Program-made: the position numbers and the translations under genes
Shown here: positions 1-11,994 of the stretch, piece after piece
Layout of the letters: each line of letters starts with the position of its first letter
Position numbering within the stretch: position 1 is the stretch's first letter
From: Macrostomum hystrix
Taxonomy: Eukaryota > Animalia > Platyhelminthes
Direction: 5' to 3'
DNA length: 64,000 bases
NCBI GenBank assembly: GCA_950097015.1
Contig: CATNEN010000025.1
Span: forward strand, 248,001-312,000
Notes under the pieces: model-generated
Databases searched by the model: none
What the model saw: the letters and a program-made list of their open reading frames with translations, nothing else
What the model was told of the DNA's origin: nothing

Positions 1-2566
1 CGGTTTTCTGACACACGCACGCGCATCGGGACTAGCCACTAAGTTTAGATAATTAGATTGGAACGTTAGATTTGAATTTGTATAACTACTTTAACTAATT
101 TTGCTCAAGATTTTAAGCGCGTGTGTCAGCAAAGCGGCAATTCTAATTAGCATAACAGAGAAGTATGTCCTATCACTAATTATATTACTAATTATATTAT
201 ATCCCGTAACGCAATTAGACGTTGCCGTCAGGTCGAAAATACGTCTCTTGGAGACGAAAAATATTAGCCATAAAAAGGAAAATACAAATACACAGACGAG
301 TGTCATCGTAAAATGTAGCTATAAATAGGGAAAATTAAACTTTCTGCTGTTGTAGAACACCACAAAATATGTTTTAAAAAAGATTATACGGATAAAATAC
401 GTATCGTTTCGTATATGTGGGATGAAATAACACGAACAGGAACTTCATTTAGAAATAGAAAACTTTGGACTGATATTGATTTTTTAATACTTTTTTTGTT
501 GCTTAAAAATATCTAATGCTATTATTTTGACGTTTATACAGCAGAACATAGTAAAATTGTTTAAACTGGTGAGTTTTAAATTAAAATTTGTCCTGTTTGC
601 TGGGTTCGCGAGTGTTCTCTACTCAATAACAGAACAAGACAGACAGTCAAACGTCGGTCATGGCATTGAGTGCGTTACTTCATCCTATATAAAAAATGTG
701 TCTATATAATTTCAAATTCAGTCACAACCAATGTTTTTTGAATTAAAATTCTCTTGAAGACGAAGTTAGCATAAGTTATGCTGCATAACTTATAGAACGA
801 TATAAGTTTAGTTAAATAATAAATGGACAAAACTTATTCACTATATTTTATGAAAATCTGAAACTTCAGTACTATAAAAAGTACGCTTAGGCCTAACTTC
901 CTTAGGTTTTGCTGAAATCATTGTTTTTGTGCTATTAATGATTTTTATTTTTGATTTTAATTTCCACATCTATTTTGCTTTAGCTCAAATTTTTTAATAG
1001 TAGGCCTAGCTAGCTAGTTTAATGAAGGAATCATAATATTAATATATGTTATATCAATGGCTAACTAGGCCTATGGTTATGCAGTATATGTTCATAAGTT
1101 GATACATGCTCTAAAAATTCAAATATTTAATTGCTAGCCCCCCTATTTAGTAATAATAATTTTTGTCTTGGTAAGTCATATAGTAAAATAATTGGCATTC
1201 TCTTTTCATTTGTTAAATTATTTTGACATTTAAATTTGAATCTATAATGTATTTTATTATAAGGAATATATATCCTTGCAAATAGAAGGACCACTTATAG
1301 CCTAACAGACTATGGTAAACATAGCTTTAGTCTTTGTATGAAGTAAGAAATGAGAATGTCATAGTGTTGCTCAGAAAGTTGTATATGGTCACAGTTTAGT
1401 CAGCTAAGCCAAATACGTGATATTTAGAAAAAGTGTGGTCTATGGTAAAATAAAGAAATACAGCTAATGCAGCAGTCTCATAATTACTTTTAAGCTATTA
1501 GTGCATTTCTACTGACTAAGAAATACTTTGTTGGTTTGTTGAATTTGTTATAAATGACTGTATATTGAAATTTGTATGTCAAAGTAATTAAACAAATAAA
1601 AAAGAAGAATGCCTAATTACTAAAATGCTTAAAAATTATGAATTTTTGTATTTGTTTGCAAATATCAATACTTTAAAAAAATTGTTATGTTATATGTTAT
1701 TATAACAGCAATGTTTGATCATTTTTACTTGAATTGTCTATCTAGGTAGTGACTAGATGTCAATTATTTCAAGAGAAAGGTTATGACTAAAATAAAAAAT
1801 ATAAGTATATAAAGTAATAATTATTATTCATATTTTAATATATTTTAAAAGTAATTGTTTGTTATTTTTTCCGTTTTTTATAGCCATATGGCTAATTTAA
1901 AGAAGTCTCAAAATGCTAAAAATCTTATGAGACTTTCTTCTGTGCTTGTTAGCTCAAGTGACTCGGAAGATACTTTTGAGTTCCCAAATGGCACTAATAT
2001 GGCTACAAAAAATTCCAGTCTGTCTAACACTAATGAACTGAAAAATAGTTCATCAACTTCTGATGATGCTAAGTTATCTATCTCGTCTGATGGTAGGGAA
2101 TTTGATGAGGGTTCAAGTTTAAGCAGTTCAAGCATGGTTTCAAGTACTAGTGAAGATAAACACCCACTGGGGCGCACGAGGTCGAGACGACCTCGAAACC
2201 AGTTGGTGATCTCGAATTAAAAAAATATTGCAAATCTGCACGAGTTGCTTCAGAAAAAGACAATATAAGTAAATAAATACTGCAGGCTTTGGTACCAGCT
2301 TTAAGGAATGCATCTCGAATACAAGCAGAAAAATGAGAGATGGCGTAATTCGGTGTGCTTTCTTTATTTTTAAAAGCTTAGAGCAGATGTTACTGAAAGT
2401 TATTGATAAAAAAGTACAAAAAAGAATGTCATTTACATTATTACATACTTTGTTTCACTGCTCATTATAAAATGTGAAAAATAGCTTTGGTTAGTTATAA
2501 TGATTACGCAAAAAACTATTTTAAAACGTTTTCGTCTCGCTTCGGAAGTTTTGTTTTGGCTAGTTC

Positions 2567-3383
2567 GTGCACGTTATCTTATCTGAAACAACATTGAGAG
2601 ATGCAAATGCGTTCCATCGTAAGTTGCGCGGCCTGCACGAGGTTGAAAACTATAAGGCAGCTGAGTTCCGCACCCTCATTGTTTACCTAGGTCCAGTTTT
2701 GTTCAAGTCCTTTTTGAGTCATGAATATTTTGAGCACATGCTTGTGCTGCATTTTGCATCTTATTGCTTCGTTTCGCCCAACTACTCGAAACTGTACTTT
2801 GACGAGGCAAAGTCCTGCATGGAGGTGTTTTGTCACCGTGCACAGAAGCTCTATGACAACAAACTTCAGTCATTCAACACCCACCTATTATGCCATGTCC
2901 CGGATTTTGTAAGAAATAATGGGTCTCTTGACTTCTGGTCGGCCTTTATTTTTTGAAAATTATAATGGTATCCTGAAGCGCCGTCTGAAATGTACCAGTG
3001 GAATGTTTCAACAAACACTTAATAACGTTTTCCTTATCCGAGATCTTTTTTCTAGTTTTAAGCCATCTGCGCTTGTGTATTCTGCAATTAGTCCTAATAA
3101 CTGCTGTCTACTCAATAACAATATCGTGCTGATGATCTCATCTGTTTCGTTTCAAAACGGTGTAACTCTTGTTAGTGGTACTGTGCTCGAATATTTTTCA
3201 GATCTCTACACGTCTCCCTATCGTTCATCCCTTTTGGGAATTGGTATTTATAGGCTCTCAACCACCCAGTTGTTACATCATGTTCCTGTGACGAAGTGTA
3301 TTCTAATTCCCGACGGTGATGTCTTTGTTGTTATTCCTTACGCCAGTAATGAACTGTATGTTCGTATTTCCAAGACCAGTTAA
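2567..3383 (+). pseudogene. C-terminal part of EnSpm transposase (frameshift near 2950)
   Basis: KAAEFRTLIVYLGPV, NTHLLCHVPD, SAFIFENYNGILK, ESSLLGI-like YRSSLLGIGIY motifs across ORFs 2567-2956 and 2919-3383. Confidence 0.8.
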
Positions 3384-3880
3384 TAACAAATACTAATCAA
3401 AGGATTTTTCCGCTATTGGTTCCACTTAACGTTGGGTTACTTGAGTTATACTTAACGATGAAGCAGGTATAACTCAAGTTTGAAAAAAGTAAATGTGTAT
3501 CAAGTGTTAAATTGCGGTTTGTCAGCACCCTGCAATTGCCTTTTATTGCCACTGTACGGATTCCACTTTATTCAATTTTATATCCACTTCAATATAAAAA
3601 AGTAACTTTCTGATTCTTATTGTACACAGTTCTTTCACAGTCCTGTTTATTGGGTGAGAGATATTTAGATTATTGAACACAGTTTGCAAATTCGATCGGG
3701 AAACCCTATATTCACCATATTTTCGCTTTTTTGCTATATTATACAGTAAGCTTTACTTTTAGTGAGCCATCATATATAAGAGATATGTTAAGCTTGTACA
3801 AGGCATCTATGCTAAGCTGCTTAATAAATTACAGTTTATGATGCATCTACGAGCACTACACTAGACCATATTTCAGACAG

Positions 3881-4793
3881 ATGGCGTCGCATACTTCGAA
3901 AGCTTTTCTGCTCTACTTCCGGTCAGAAAATCCCTTTCAAATCGTTTCACATGACTTCATCTACCTAGCCGAGCCATATTGTAACTGGACACCATCGAAT
4001 TGGCATGAATCTGGCACCATTGAGATAGTTCTGGCGGCTGATTTGGAATCTGGCTCGCTGGAGGGCCTGGTAATCCAAGTTGCTGCAGGCGTTTCTGATT
4101 TACAGGATTCAATAAAGAAGGTAATGGATCTGCGCTTCAAGAAGAAACTACACCTGGCTCAAATATTGACCTACTTTAAGCGGTACAAATCTGGTCGTGA
4201 TGTTGTTCCTCCGCTGAATAGTATTCAGACGGAGACCGAGAGCGAAGCGGAACCTCGGCAGGGGTCAAAGCAAGCTATGTCTGACGAGGCTACATTGCAT
4301 CCTCCCCCAGTGTCAAATGCTGATCCGCTCCTACCTGCATCGCGAATGGCTCAGTCTATATTGTCTACCACCGCCTCTGACACTTCGTCACTGCGAATGA
4401 CACGTGACACAGTCGGGGAGAAACACTATCCAAGTCTGAGGGAGACTCAACCTGGAGACTCAATTGATGCAACCTCCAGCAGATCGACCAGATTCGCTGT
4501 CAATATTGAGCCCTATCTAGTTGCTCTCCGAAGTCAGGGTATTGATCCGATTTCGGCACGCCGGGCACACGCACTTACTGCTTTTGTGCATGTCCGAAAT
4601 TTCCCAACTGAAGCAGACAGTCTCGGATCTACGGGAGGAACTTCGGTCGTCTGGGTTGCCAACTGCAAACCTGGACGGCAGTGAGCGATTCGGTCTCCCA
4701 CTTCGCAATCGAGCAGAGTACGAGGAGTTCAAGAATCTCATTAGCAATGAACCAGAAAGACAGAAAGTTGTGAGTTCAATTAGCTCTTGGTGA
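3881..4793 (+). pseudogene. Second gene of EnSpm element 2 (DUF4806-like, spliced)
   Basis: Downstream of the transposase; frame 4521-4793 has FGLPLRNRAEYEEFKNLISN..KVV followed by GTGAGT donor, as in DUF4806-like genes of animal EnSpm elements. Confidence 0.55.
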
Positions 4794-6850
4794 AGTGAAT
4801 AGTTTATGTATAGTAAAATACTATAGCTAAATCTCCGTGACCGTGTACATGGATCAATTGCATGCCTTAATTCCTGCTTAGATTGAGCTACTCAGACGCA
4901 CCGGTGGCCGCATTTTATACTTTATTACCCAGTCACTGGGGCTGTTGCTATAAACCATTCTATAAGGCTACTATCTAATATATATAATAAAAAGTTTTTT
5001 GTTATTTCGCGCTGTTTTTAAGTTTGCTTTTTTTCTATTACTTACCGTTTGAGTCATATGATTTTGCATACTGTTTTCAAGTCCTCGTTCTTTATTTGCC
5101 TTGCCATTCTTGCCATTCTTGCCATTCTTCGCTTGCCATTTAAAACCTTCCGAAGTAACGCCCTTACGATTAGGCACAATGACAAAACGCAATCGAATCG
5201 CAAAGTATAAGTACAATGCACATGTAGAATACTACGTGAGACAAGTTTACTACTAAACAATTATAGCTGATTACGTCGTAATCACAAAGTACGAAATATC
5301 TATATCGAGCGAACCCTGCTTCCATTACCTATCATCTCGAATCGACATCGATTTTGACATCGTTTTCGATGTACATTCGAGGTTGAAAACGATGTAGTTT
5401 TACCGGAAACTCGCACGACCTCGTTTCGAGATCGGAAAACGAGATCGAAACGAGATCGCGCTCCCCAGTGGGCATTCCTTAAATCTTCGAGAAAATCTTA
5501 GGCTTCTTTGCCTTAATCATAATTTAACACATGCTGCCATTAGAGATATTTTGAAACTATTGAAATCAATGCACTCTCAGCTTCCAACTGATCCTCGAAC
5601 ATTGCTACAGTCACCAGGTGTCATTGATCTTATGGATGTTGAACCAGGGCAATACTATCATTTTGGTGTGAAAAAAGGCTTGAAGCATATCTTTGAGAGT
5701 CTGCAAGCAGTAAACAATATAAATACAGTTGACGAAATTAATTTAATTATTAACATTGATGGCCTGTAATTTTTTAAAAGTTCAGTGAAATGTTTCTGGA
5801 CCATCCTAGCATCTGTCAAGGGAATTCCAAACTCATGCTTCATAGTGGGAATTTACTTTGGGCAGAATAAGCCAACAAGTGCTCATCAGTTTTTGCAGCC
5901 ATTTGTTTCTGAGATGTTAGAACTGCAACAAGGCATGTCAGTGTGTGGAATGCTCTGCACCATTTCCATTGATTACTTCATTTGTGATACACCAGCGAGG
6001 TACTTTATTAAATGTATCAAGGGTTTTACTGGATTGTATGGATGTGACCGATGTGTGCAAAAAGGCATGGCAGGCATGATTATGAGCAGACATGCAACAG
6101 AGGTAGATCTGTAGTTTTCTTGGAGCTAGATGCAGCACACCGCACTGATGACTCATTTCGACAAGCTTAACCTCAGCACCACCATGGCCATTCTCATGGC
6201 CATGGCACTCAAAGCAGTCAAGGATGGTCCGAGGCCTTACAGATTGTCTCAGCTGCTCCTGTGCCAAGTAAATTAATATTTGCTACACGTGAGAAAGTAT
6301 TTCCCTACAGACTTTCAGCGCAGGCCAAGCCTGATGCAGCACACTGGACTGTGGAAGGCGACTGATGTCAGACTGTTTTCTGAGTACCTTGCCCCTCTTG
6401 TATTCATTCCACATGTAGGGCATACAAAATTCTTACGGTGGCTGTTGAAATTTCATGTGATTGCAAATCTTTTTTCCAGCAATAAACTGAGCGAGGAGTA
6501 TGCAGTGTACCTGAAGGAGCTCTGTGTCTCATTTTTCAGCTTCTCAAGAAGAATCTTCGGATGTCAGTACATTGTGTACAACTTGCATTCTCTTCTCCAT
6601 CTGGTGGAAGACTTCTTGAGCCACCGGAATGGAATCAATATCAGCTGCTTCCTGTTTGAAAATTTTCTGCGATTCGTAAAACGCCTAGTACGAAGCTCGA
6701 AAATGCCACTGCAGCAGGCTGTGAAGCGTGTGCTTGAAACTAATCAGTGTCTCGGCCAATTTCGGCCCTCTCAGACCGAGCCACTCCTTCAGCATGAGCA
6801 TAAAAGCAATGCTCTGCCTGTGAACATTGCACCATCTGATGTAAAACAGT

Positions 6851-9800
6851 TATAGCGCTTCAAGTTTTGTCGTCTCTCTCGTGTCAATGTAGTCTAGCGG
6901 TCTGTTGCAGTCTCTTGTCTTGAAGGCTATACTTCCTAACGACTATCGTTCTCAGTATTAAGGCTGATCGATCTCTCGGATTCCTCTCTCTGAAGTCAAT
7001 GAAGATAGAACTCAAACACAGTAAGTTTATATTAAATTGCTAACTTAATAGAACGTAGAGATGACTCTCTAACTAAAATCAACGGCGGTCCTTTTTCCGG
7101 CGCTCCGCTTCGATTTATATATTGTTTGAAAATCCCTCTCTTGGGAGGGTGATACAACTTTATCAATCAGCGCGCTTGGTGATAATGGGTCGAGTGGGGT
7201 CGCAGCCCCGAGTCCAAATCAGCACAAAACATTAGAATACTTGGTTGGCAGGCACGCCAACCCCTGTCCTATGGAGGGCGGGTCAAAGGCCTAAAAGCGT
7301 TAGTTGAGTTAGAAGATTGCCCGTTTCTATGGAATCCCCTTTATCTAGTGTTTGTTGTCACCGTCACTCCGTCACTCCAGGTCTTCTTGGGCGGTCCCGG
7401 CCTCTTCCAGGTCTCATCTCCAGATAGGGCTAAGGCAGGCTCCGATGTTGTAGGCATGGCCGGGCCAGGTCGCGTCAGGCCGTGCCAGGTCGGGTGAGTC
7501 CGGGCGGGTCCATGTCACGTTGGACCTACGTCGGGCCGGATCGGGTCAGATTAGGCCGGGCCGTGTCTTATCGGACCATACCAGGTTGCGTTGGACCGGG
7601 CCGTGTTGCGCTGAAATGAAGTGGCGGTCGTCAATCCGCCATCGATCTCTTCTCCGGTTACTTGTGTGGCTGCGTCAGTCTTTACAACTGGCCGCCCCCG
7701 GATGTCGATATCCACGAATCTTTGTCCTGGGCGGCGGTCGTAATCGTTGTAGGCCATTGTGCTGGAAGGGTGTCCAAGACATGTTACTTTCCTGCCCTTT
7801 TACTGCTTTTCTCAGCTTATTGTCCTCCAATTTCCTTCTGACATGCTTATTGCTGCTGTTTTATCTATTATTGATGACATCTAAGATTTAATTGAAATTT
7901 AGTTAGACAGACAATGAACCTGTGGGGCTTCCAAAGAAGTCTACATAATATTTATTGTTAATCACGTTGGAGAGAATATATATGCTTTGAGAGCCCAATT
8001 AATTAATAACATTTCTGGGCCTCGCAGGCTAAGAACATTGCTTGAATTATAAAATCGCATCAGTTATAGTAATATGGCGTGTGGTTATAATGTGTTCTGA
8101 TATGGCTGTGTCTCATTTATTCGTAGCAAGCTGGATTCTGGATTGTGGTGTGTTTGTTGCCTGTGTCCTATTTTTGTTTACTGAGGCCATGGCCGGTCTA
8201 ATCCACTCGGGCATGTGATCTGTGTGACATTGTACTTTAGGTCTCGAATATGGCCCGGGGCACTGATGACTCTACTTTCCATCTCTCGTGATGTACATTG
8301 GGGTCCTTTCTCCGCGGCGGAGGGGATGGCTGTGATTAGGGCATTCTTGCCATCCATCTTGCCTTGGACTGGGTTATATAAACTTTTCCCCTGGGCCCCT
8401 TTATCTGCTCAGACGTATCTTCTTAACTGCGTTTTCGTCTGTCCCATCGACCACTCTATTCCATGTCGCGCTTTGAGGTGGCCCAACTCGCCAAGCTGGT
8501 GTCCGAACTAGAGGCTCGGGTCCTTCGCCTGGAGGCCCGCCTGGCCCTAGAAGCTACACGCACCCATTCTTTAGAGAACGGGTTGGTGGTTCTACGCCGT
8601 CTCTCCGGAGGTCTCGGGGCCGGAGGCCTTGCCCTGGCCTTGTTCGGGCTACTTCTGGTGTGGCTTTGCTGCCGGCGGCGCCAGGCCGCTCCTATGACAC
8701 CTTGACTGTTGTGTTGTATTCTTATGACTATTCATGGTGTGCTGCTAATTTGCTCTGTTTATTTGCTCTCTTGTTTGCTGGTGTATAATCATTGATATTG
8801 GCATGTATTTTTGTTTTCATTATTTTTGTGTGTTTTTCTTTCCTTGTTTGTTTGTAAGTTGTGATTTGCTGGTGCTAGTACGTGTCGTAGTGAATAAACG
8901 TGTCGGAATGAATAATGAATTTGCATATAATAAATACGTGTGCCTCATCATGGAATTCGGTGAAGCCTTGTCTTTGCCTTTCTTCGCTATTCTAAGCTTG
9001 AGTTCACATTGATTGATGGGCCTGGCTTTCCCTAGTTCACTGGTCCGATTGTTCGAGATGTGAATCACCTCCCGACTTTCTTTTAGTGAACTGGGTTCTG
9101 CTTTAAGGATTGCACATTGAGTGAGAGTGCCACAAGGATAGGACGTCCAATCGAATCGTCTTTTCTGTCCTATCGTTGCGTCAGTGTCTCAGCTCTCGTG
9201 TCTCCTTATGCCCCTAACACTTCCGGTCCCTAAGCTCTTACTGAGGAGCGGTGGCTTGCGAAGCTTCCAGTGCCATTTTTAGTTGCGGCCACTGGAGCAG
9301 CGCCGGTGAGTAAGCGTGGACTACTCGCTTCTCCGCTTCCTGGTTGCTGATACGAATTCCATGATAATCCAACACTTTACACAGATGCTTAGATAACGTG
9401 GTGCATATCGCATTGGGTGGTGGGCCCCACGGATGGATCAGATTGATAGGTAGATTATGGCAGAAAAGATTGAAAATTACGATTGAAAAGCGCTTACATC
9501 GGTTCTCCTTTCAATCAGCGACCTTCATCTGCATTTCGACCCAACCAGCGCTCAAAATAGACCTGAGCGAGCCAGACCGGCTGACCTGACGGCCTGGAAA
9601 GCAATGACGCAGAGACCGAGAACCTATGCACCCTATCAGCCTGCGAACTCGTGGCTAGAATGCTCGGGGCTGGTGTGTTGGGTTGGGGACCATGGCAACG
9701 CGGGGCAGAGAGATAACTGCTTGTGTGTTATCTTTTATATCTCTCTCTCTGACCCCCCCCCCTACTGCTAAACACTGTACCTTATCGCTTGAATATAAAA

Positions 9801-9946
9801 TACACTGCTTCGTAGATATGCTCCGGCACTGAAGCTTTGAGATGTGAGTCTCACACTCATAATTGTTGGCCTCTGTGGTCAGTACGAGTTCAAGTCTTTC
9901 GGTTAGTGTCGGCAGAAGGTAGCAGGCAGCAAGAAAACCTGCTATA
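6851..9946. mobile_element. Unclassified 3.1-kb insertion with TATAGC...GCTATA ends and 5-bp TSD ACAGT
   Basis: ACAGT at 6846-6850 and 9947-9951; 6-bp terminal inverted repeat; removal restores the transposase frame. No transposase or RT recognised inside. Confidence 0.75.
8463..8705 (+). CDS. 80-aa putative membrane protein (coiled coil + transmembrane helix + CCRRR)
   Basis: Heptad-like LAKLVSELEARVLRLEARLAL, hydrophobic GLALALFGLLLVWL, then CCRRR; short, so coding status uncertain. Confidence 0.4.
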   Translation: MSRFEVAQLAKLVSELEARVLRLEARLALEATRTHSLENGLVVLRRLSGGLGAGGLALALFGLLLVWLCCRRRQAAPMTP

Positions 9947-10438
9947 ACAGTATCGCACTCTAACGATGTCAGTTACTAAAATTGCGACCAATTGGCGTGA
10001 CAGCTTTGTTATGACTATCCGTGGAAAAGTTATTAAAGTCATCAACATTGTGTCTGGAAGTGATGGGATTTTTCTGGTTGGAAGGCCTTTCAACCACAAG
10101 AAGTCTTTCCACAAGTACGTAATAGAGTCGGACAAGTTGCACTTCTACAAACTTCAGGGCCTTTCCACCGAGATCGTAGGCTTTCCTATCAAGGATGTGC
10201 TATTTAAAATGATGGTGATTCCTCTGCCGAATACCAAAAGTGCATGGTTTGCTTGCCCAATTCTCCACACTGGAAGTCAGTTTTAACAATGAAGGGTTCG
10301 TGAATTATATTTATTTTTTATTGATGCTATGAAATTATGTATTTTATGTTCCTCTGATTTTGTGATTTTTAATAGGAATTACATGATAATGAGATAACAC
10401 AAAACCAATGTGCCGCAACTGCTTCATTTCAGCTGACC

Positions 10439-11986
10439 ATGTATCATTTAGTTCAATTTGTTGATGGCCTTATGGTTGTGCTAGACAACTGGCTGGCCGA
10501 CAATGGCAAGACTGCGTACTTGCCGAAATTTCGGAGTGCCACCGACAGTGCCTTGGTGTCAAAAATCCGCAAAAAAACTGAACCTGGCAGCGACTGGCAG
10601 AAGTGCAACGTATCCAGTATTCACCTCTCAAATTGTAAGTCCAGCTCGTGGCAAGAGCTTCTGTTTACTTGGTATTTGAAATAGTCGCATACAATTTTCA
10701 ATTACAGCTGATTTGGACTATCTCTTCTACCGTATATGCCGCGCGGATGAAACCGGCGCGTTTGATGACACCGACCTAGACACGGGGAGAAAGCGCAAGC
10801 CGGTCAATTATTTTATCAACACGGAAATCCCACCAGCTATAAAAAACTAGAAATGAGCTCCCTGAGCCACCCAATCGACCTGTAGGATGCCTGCCGTCGG
10901 CAGGTACTCAAAATTGCGCCTCACCCTGTCAGCAGCCTGCGCGCCAGTCACCTGCCCCTTCTCGGGCATCTGCCCTGTGAGGCGCAGAGTCGCCCAGCTG
11001 TCAGCAGCCTGCGCGCCAGTCACCTGCCCCTTCTCGGGCATCTGCCCTGCGAGACCCTGAGTCGCCTCCTCAAGAAAAGCAAAGCTGCCACTGCAAGCAT
11101 ATTGAGAGTAAGTGTTTCAGCTCTACTAATTGGCTACTTACTGTTTGAAGCGAATCCGCTTTGCTCTCTGCTATTGCCCGTTCTATCTACAACTTACGCT
11201 GTCACCCAATCCAGATTTCAGACTGGATAAAGTTAATTTTACAGCGCTTGATAGTAATCGAGGAGGCCATTATGTCAAATGCCACGAGCAACTTGTCACC
11301 TGTCATCAGCGATAGTCTGCGGTCATTGCCGATGATTAAATCCGTCGCAGAGCTTCAGCGTTTCGCTGAGGACGTCGACAGCGACCCAGCGCTGAAAGAA
11401 GCTTATGTGAGTAATCCTAATTTGTAAATTTAGATCAATTACCAGTCATTAATTATGTACGACCGCAACCCTTCTTGCAGAGAAAGTATTGTGCTGGTCG
11501 GGCAGATAATGCTGTAAAGTTATCTGATGCAGTATCTGCTATGCTGACATGGACAGCGAAACCATCCGTTCTGTGTCAATATAATATGGAGGGTCGGAGA
11601 GGGGGCAAGTACAAATTGCTTGCGGCAGTGGCCGACTGTGTAGTTGGTGAGCATTTTTCAATTTTTTAAATAGGACTGTGCAACTCAGGCGAAATCTCGA
11701 ATGCAACTTTTCAGGAGTCGTGCTGGAGTCTAAGTCACTGCGCCATCAGTTGGGATGCGTCAGTGCTAGATCTTTTGTCGGAAGCATCCTTAAGCGAATG
11801 ATGCGAAAATCTCAAACTGACCATTCGAACAGACGCGTAGTCACCACCGACGGCGCCGAGACTGATGAAATCGATGAGGAGCTCAACGAGGAAGGCCAAA
11901 TCGAGGAGGTCAATGGGAAGATAAACGAGGAGATGAGAGGAGAGGTCGACGAAGATGAAGACGATGCAGACGTAGAGAGTGACTAA
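10439..11986 (+). pseudogene. Second gene of EnSpm element 1 (DUF4806-like, several introns, acidic tail)
   Basis: N-terminus MYHLVQFVDGLMVVLDNWL..YLP..W, later SLPMIKSVAELQRFAEDV, YNMEGRRGGKYKL; GTAAGT/GTGAGT/GTGAGC donors; ends DEDDADVESD. Confidence 0.6.
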
Positions 11987-11994
11987 CTATACCA

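Larger units (their letters stand above)
2163..5472 (+). mobile_element. Internally deleted EnSpm/CACTA element 2 nested in element 1
   Basis: Termini CCCACTGGGG(2163)...CCCCAGTGGG(5472), 2-bp TSD CA (2161-2162 / 5473-5474), subterminal GAGATCG/GACCTCG repeats at both ends. Confidence 0.85.
1888..10286 (+). pseudogene. EnSpm/CACTA-type transposase (element 1), split into 1888-2162, 5475-6850 and 9952-10286 by two nested insertions
   Basis: Joining across the insertions restores the frame (EDKH-SLNLRENLRLLCLNHNLTHAAIRDILKLL..LPTDPRTLL; DVKQ-YRTLTMSV). Typical motifs FICDTPAR, CDRC, WKATD, YNLHSLLHL, FENF. Extra stops/frameshifts at about 5769, 6114-6280. Confidence 0.85.

Noticed and set aside
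203-320. Left TIR of EnSpm element 1 (CCCGTAACG)
   Set aside because: CCC start and GACG repeats are suggestive but no matching right end was found.
6851-6929. Short LTR pair bounding the 3.1-kb insertion
   Set aside because: The two ends share only TTCAAGT; no real direct repeat.
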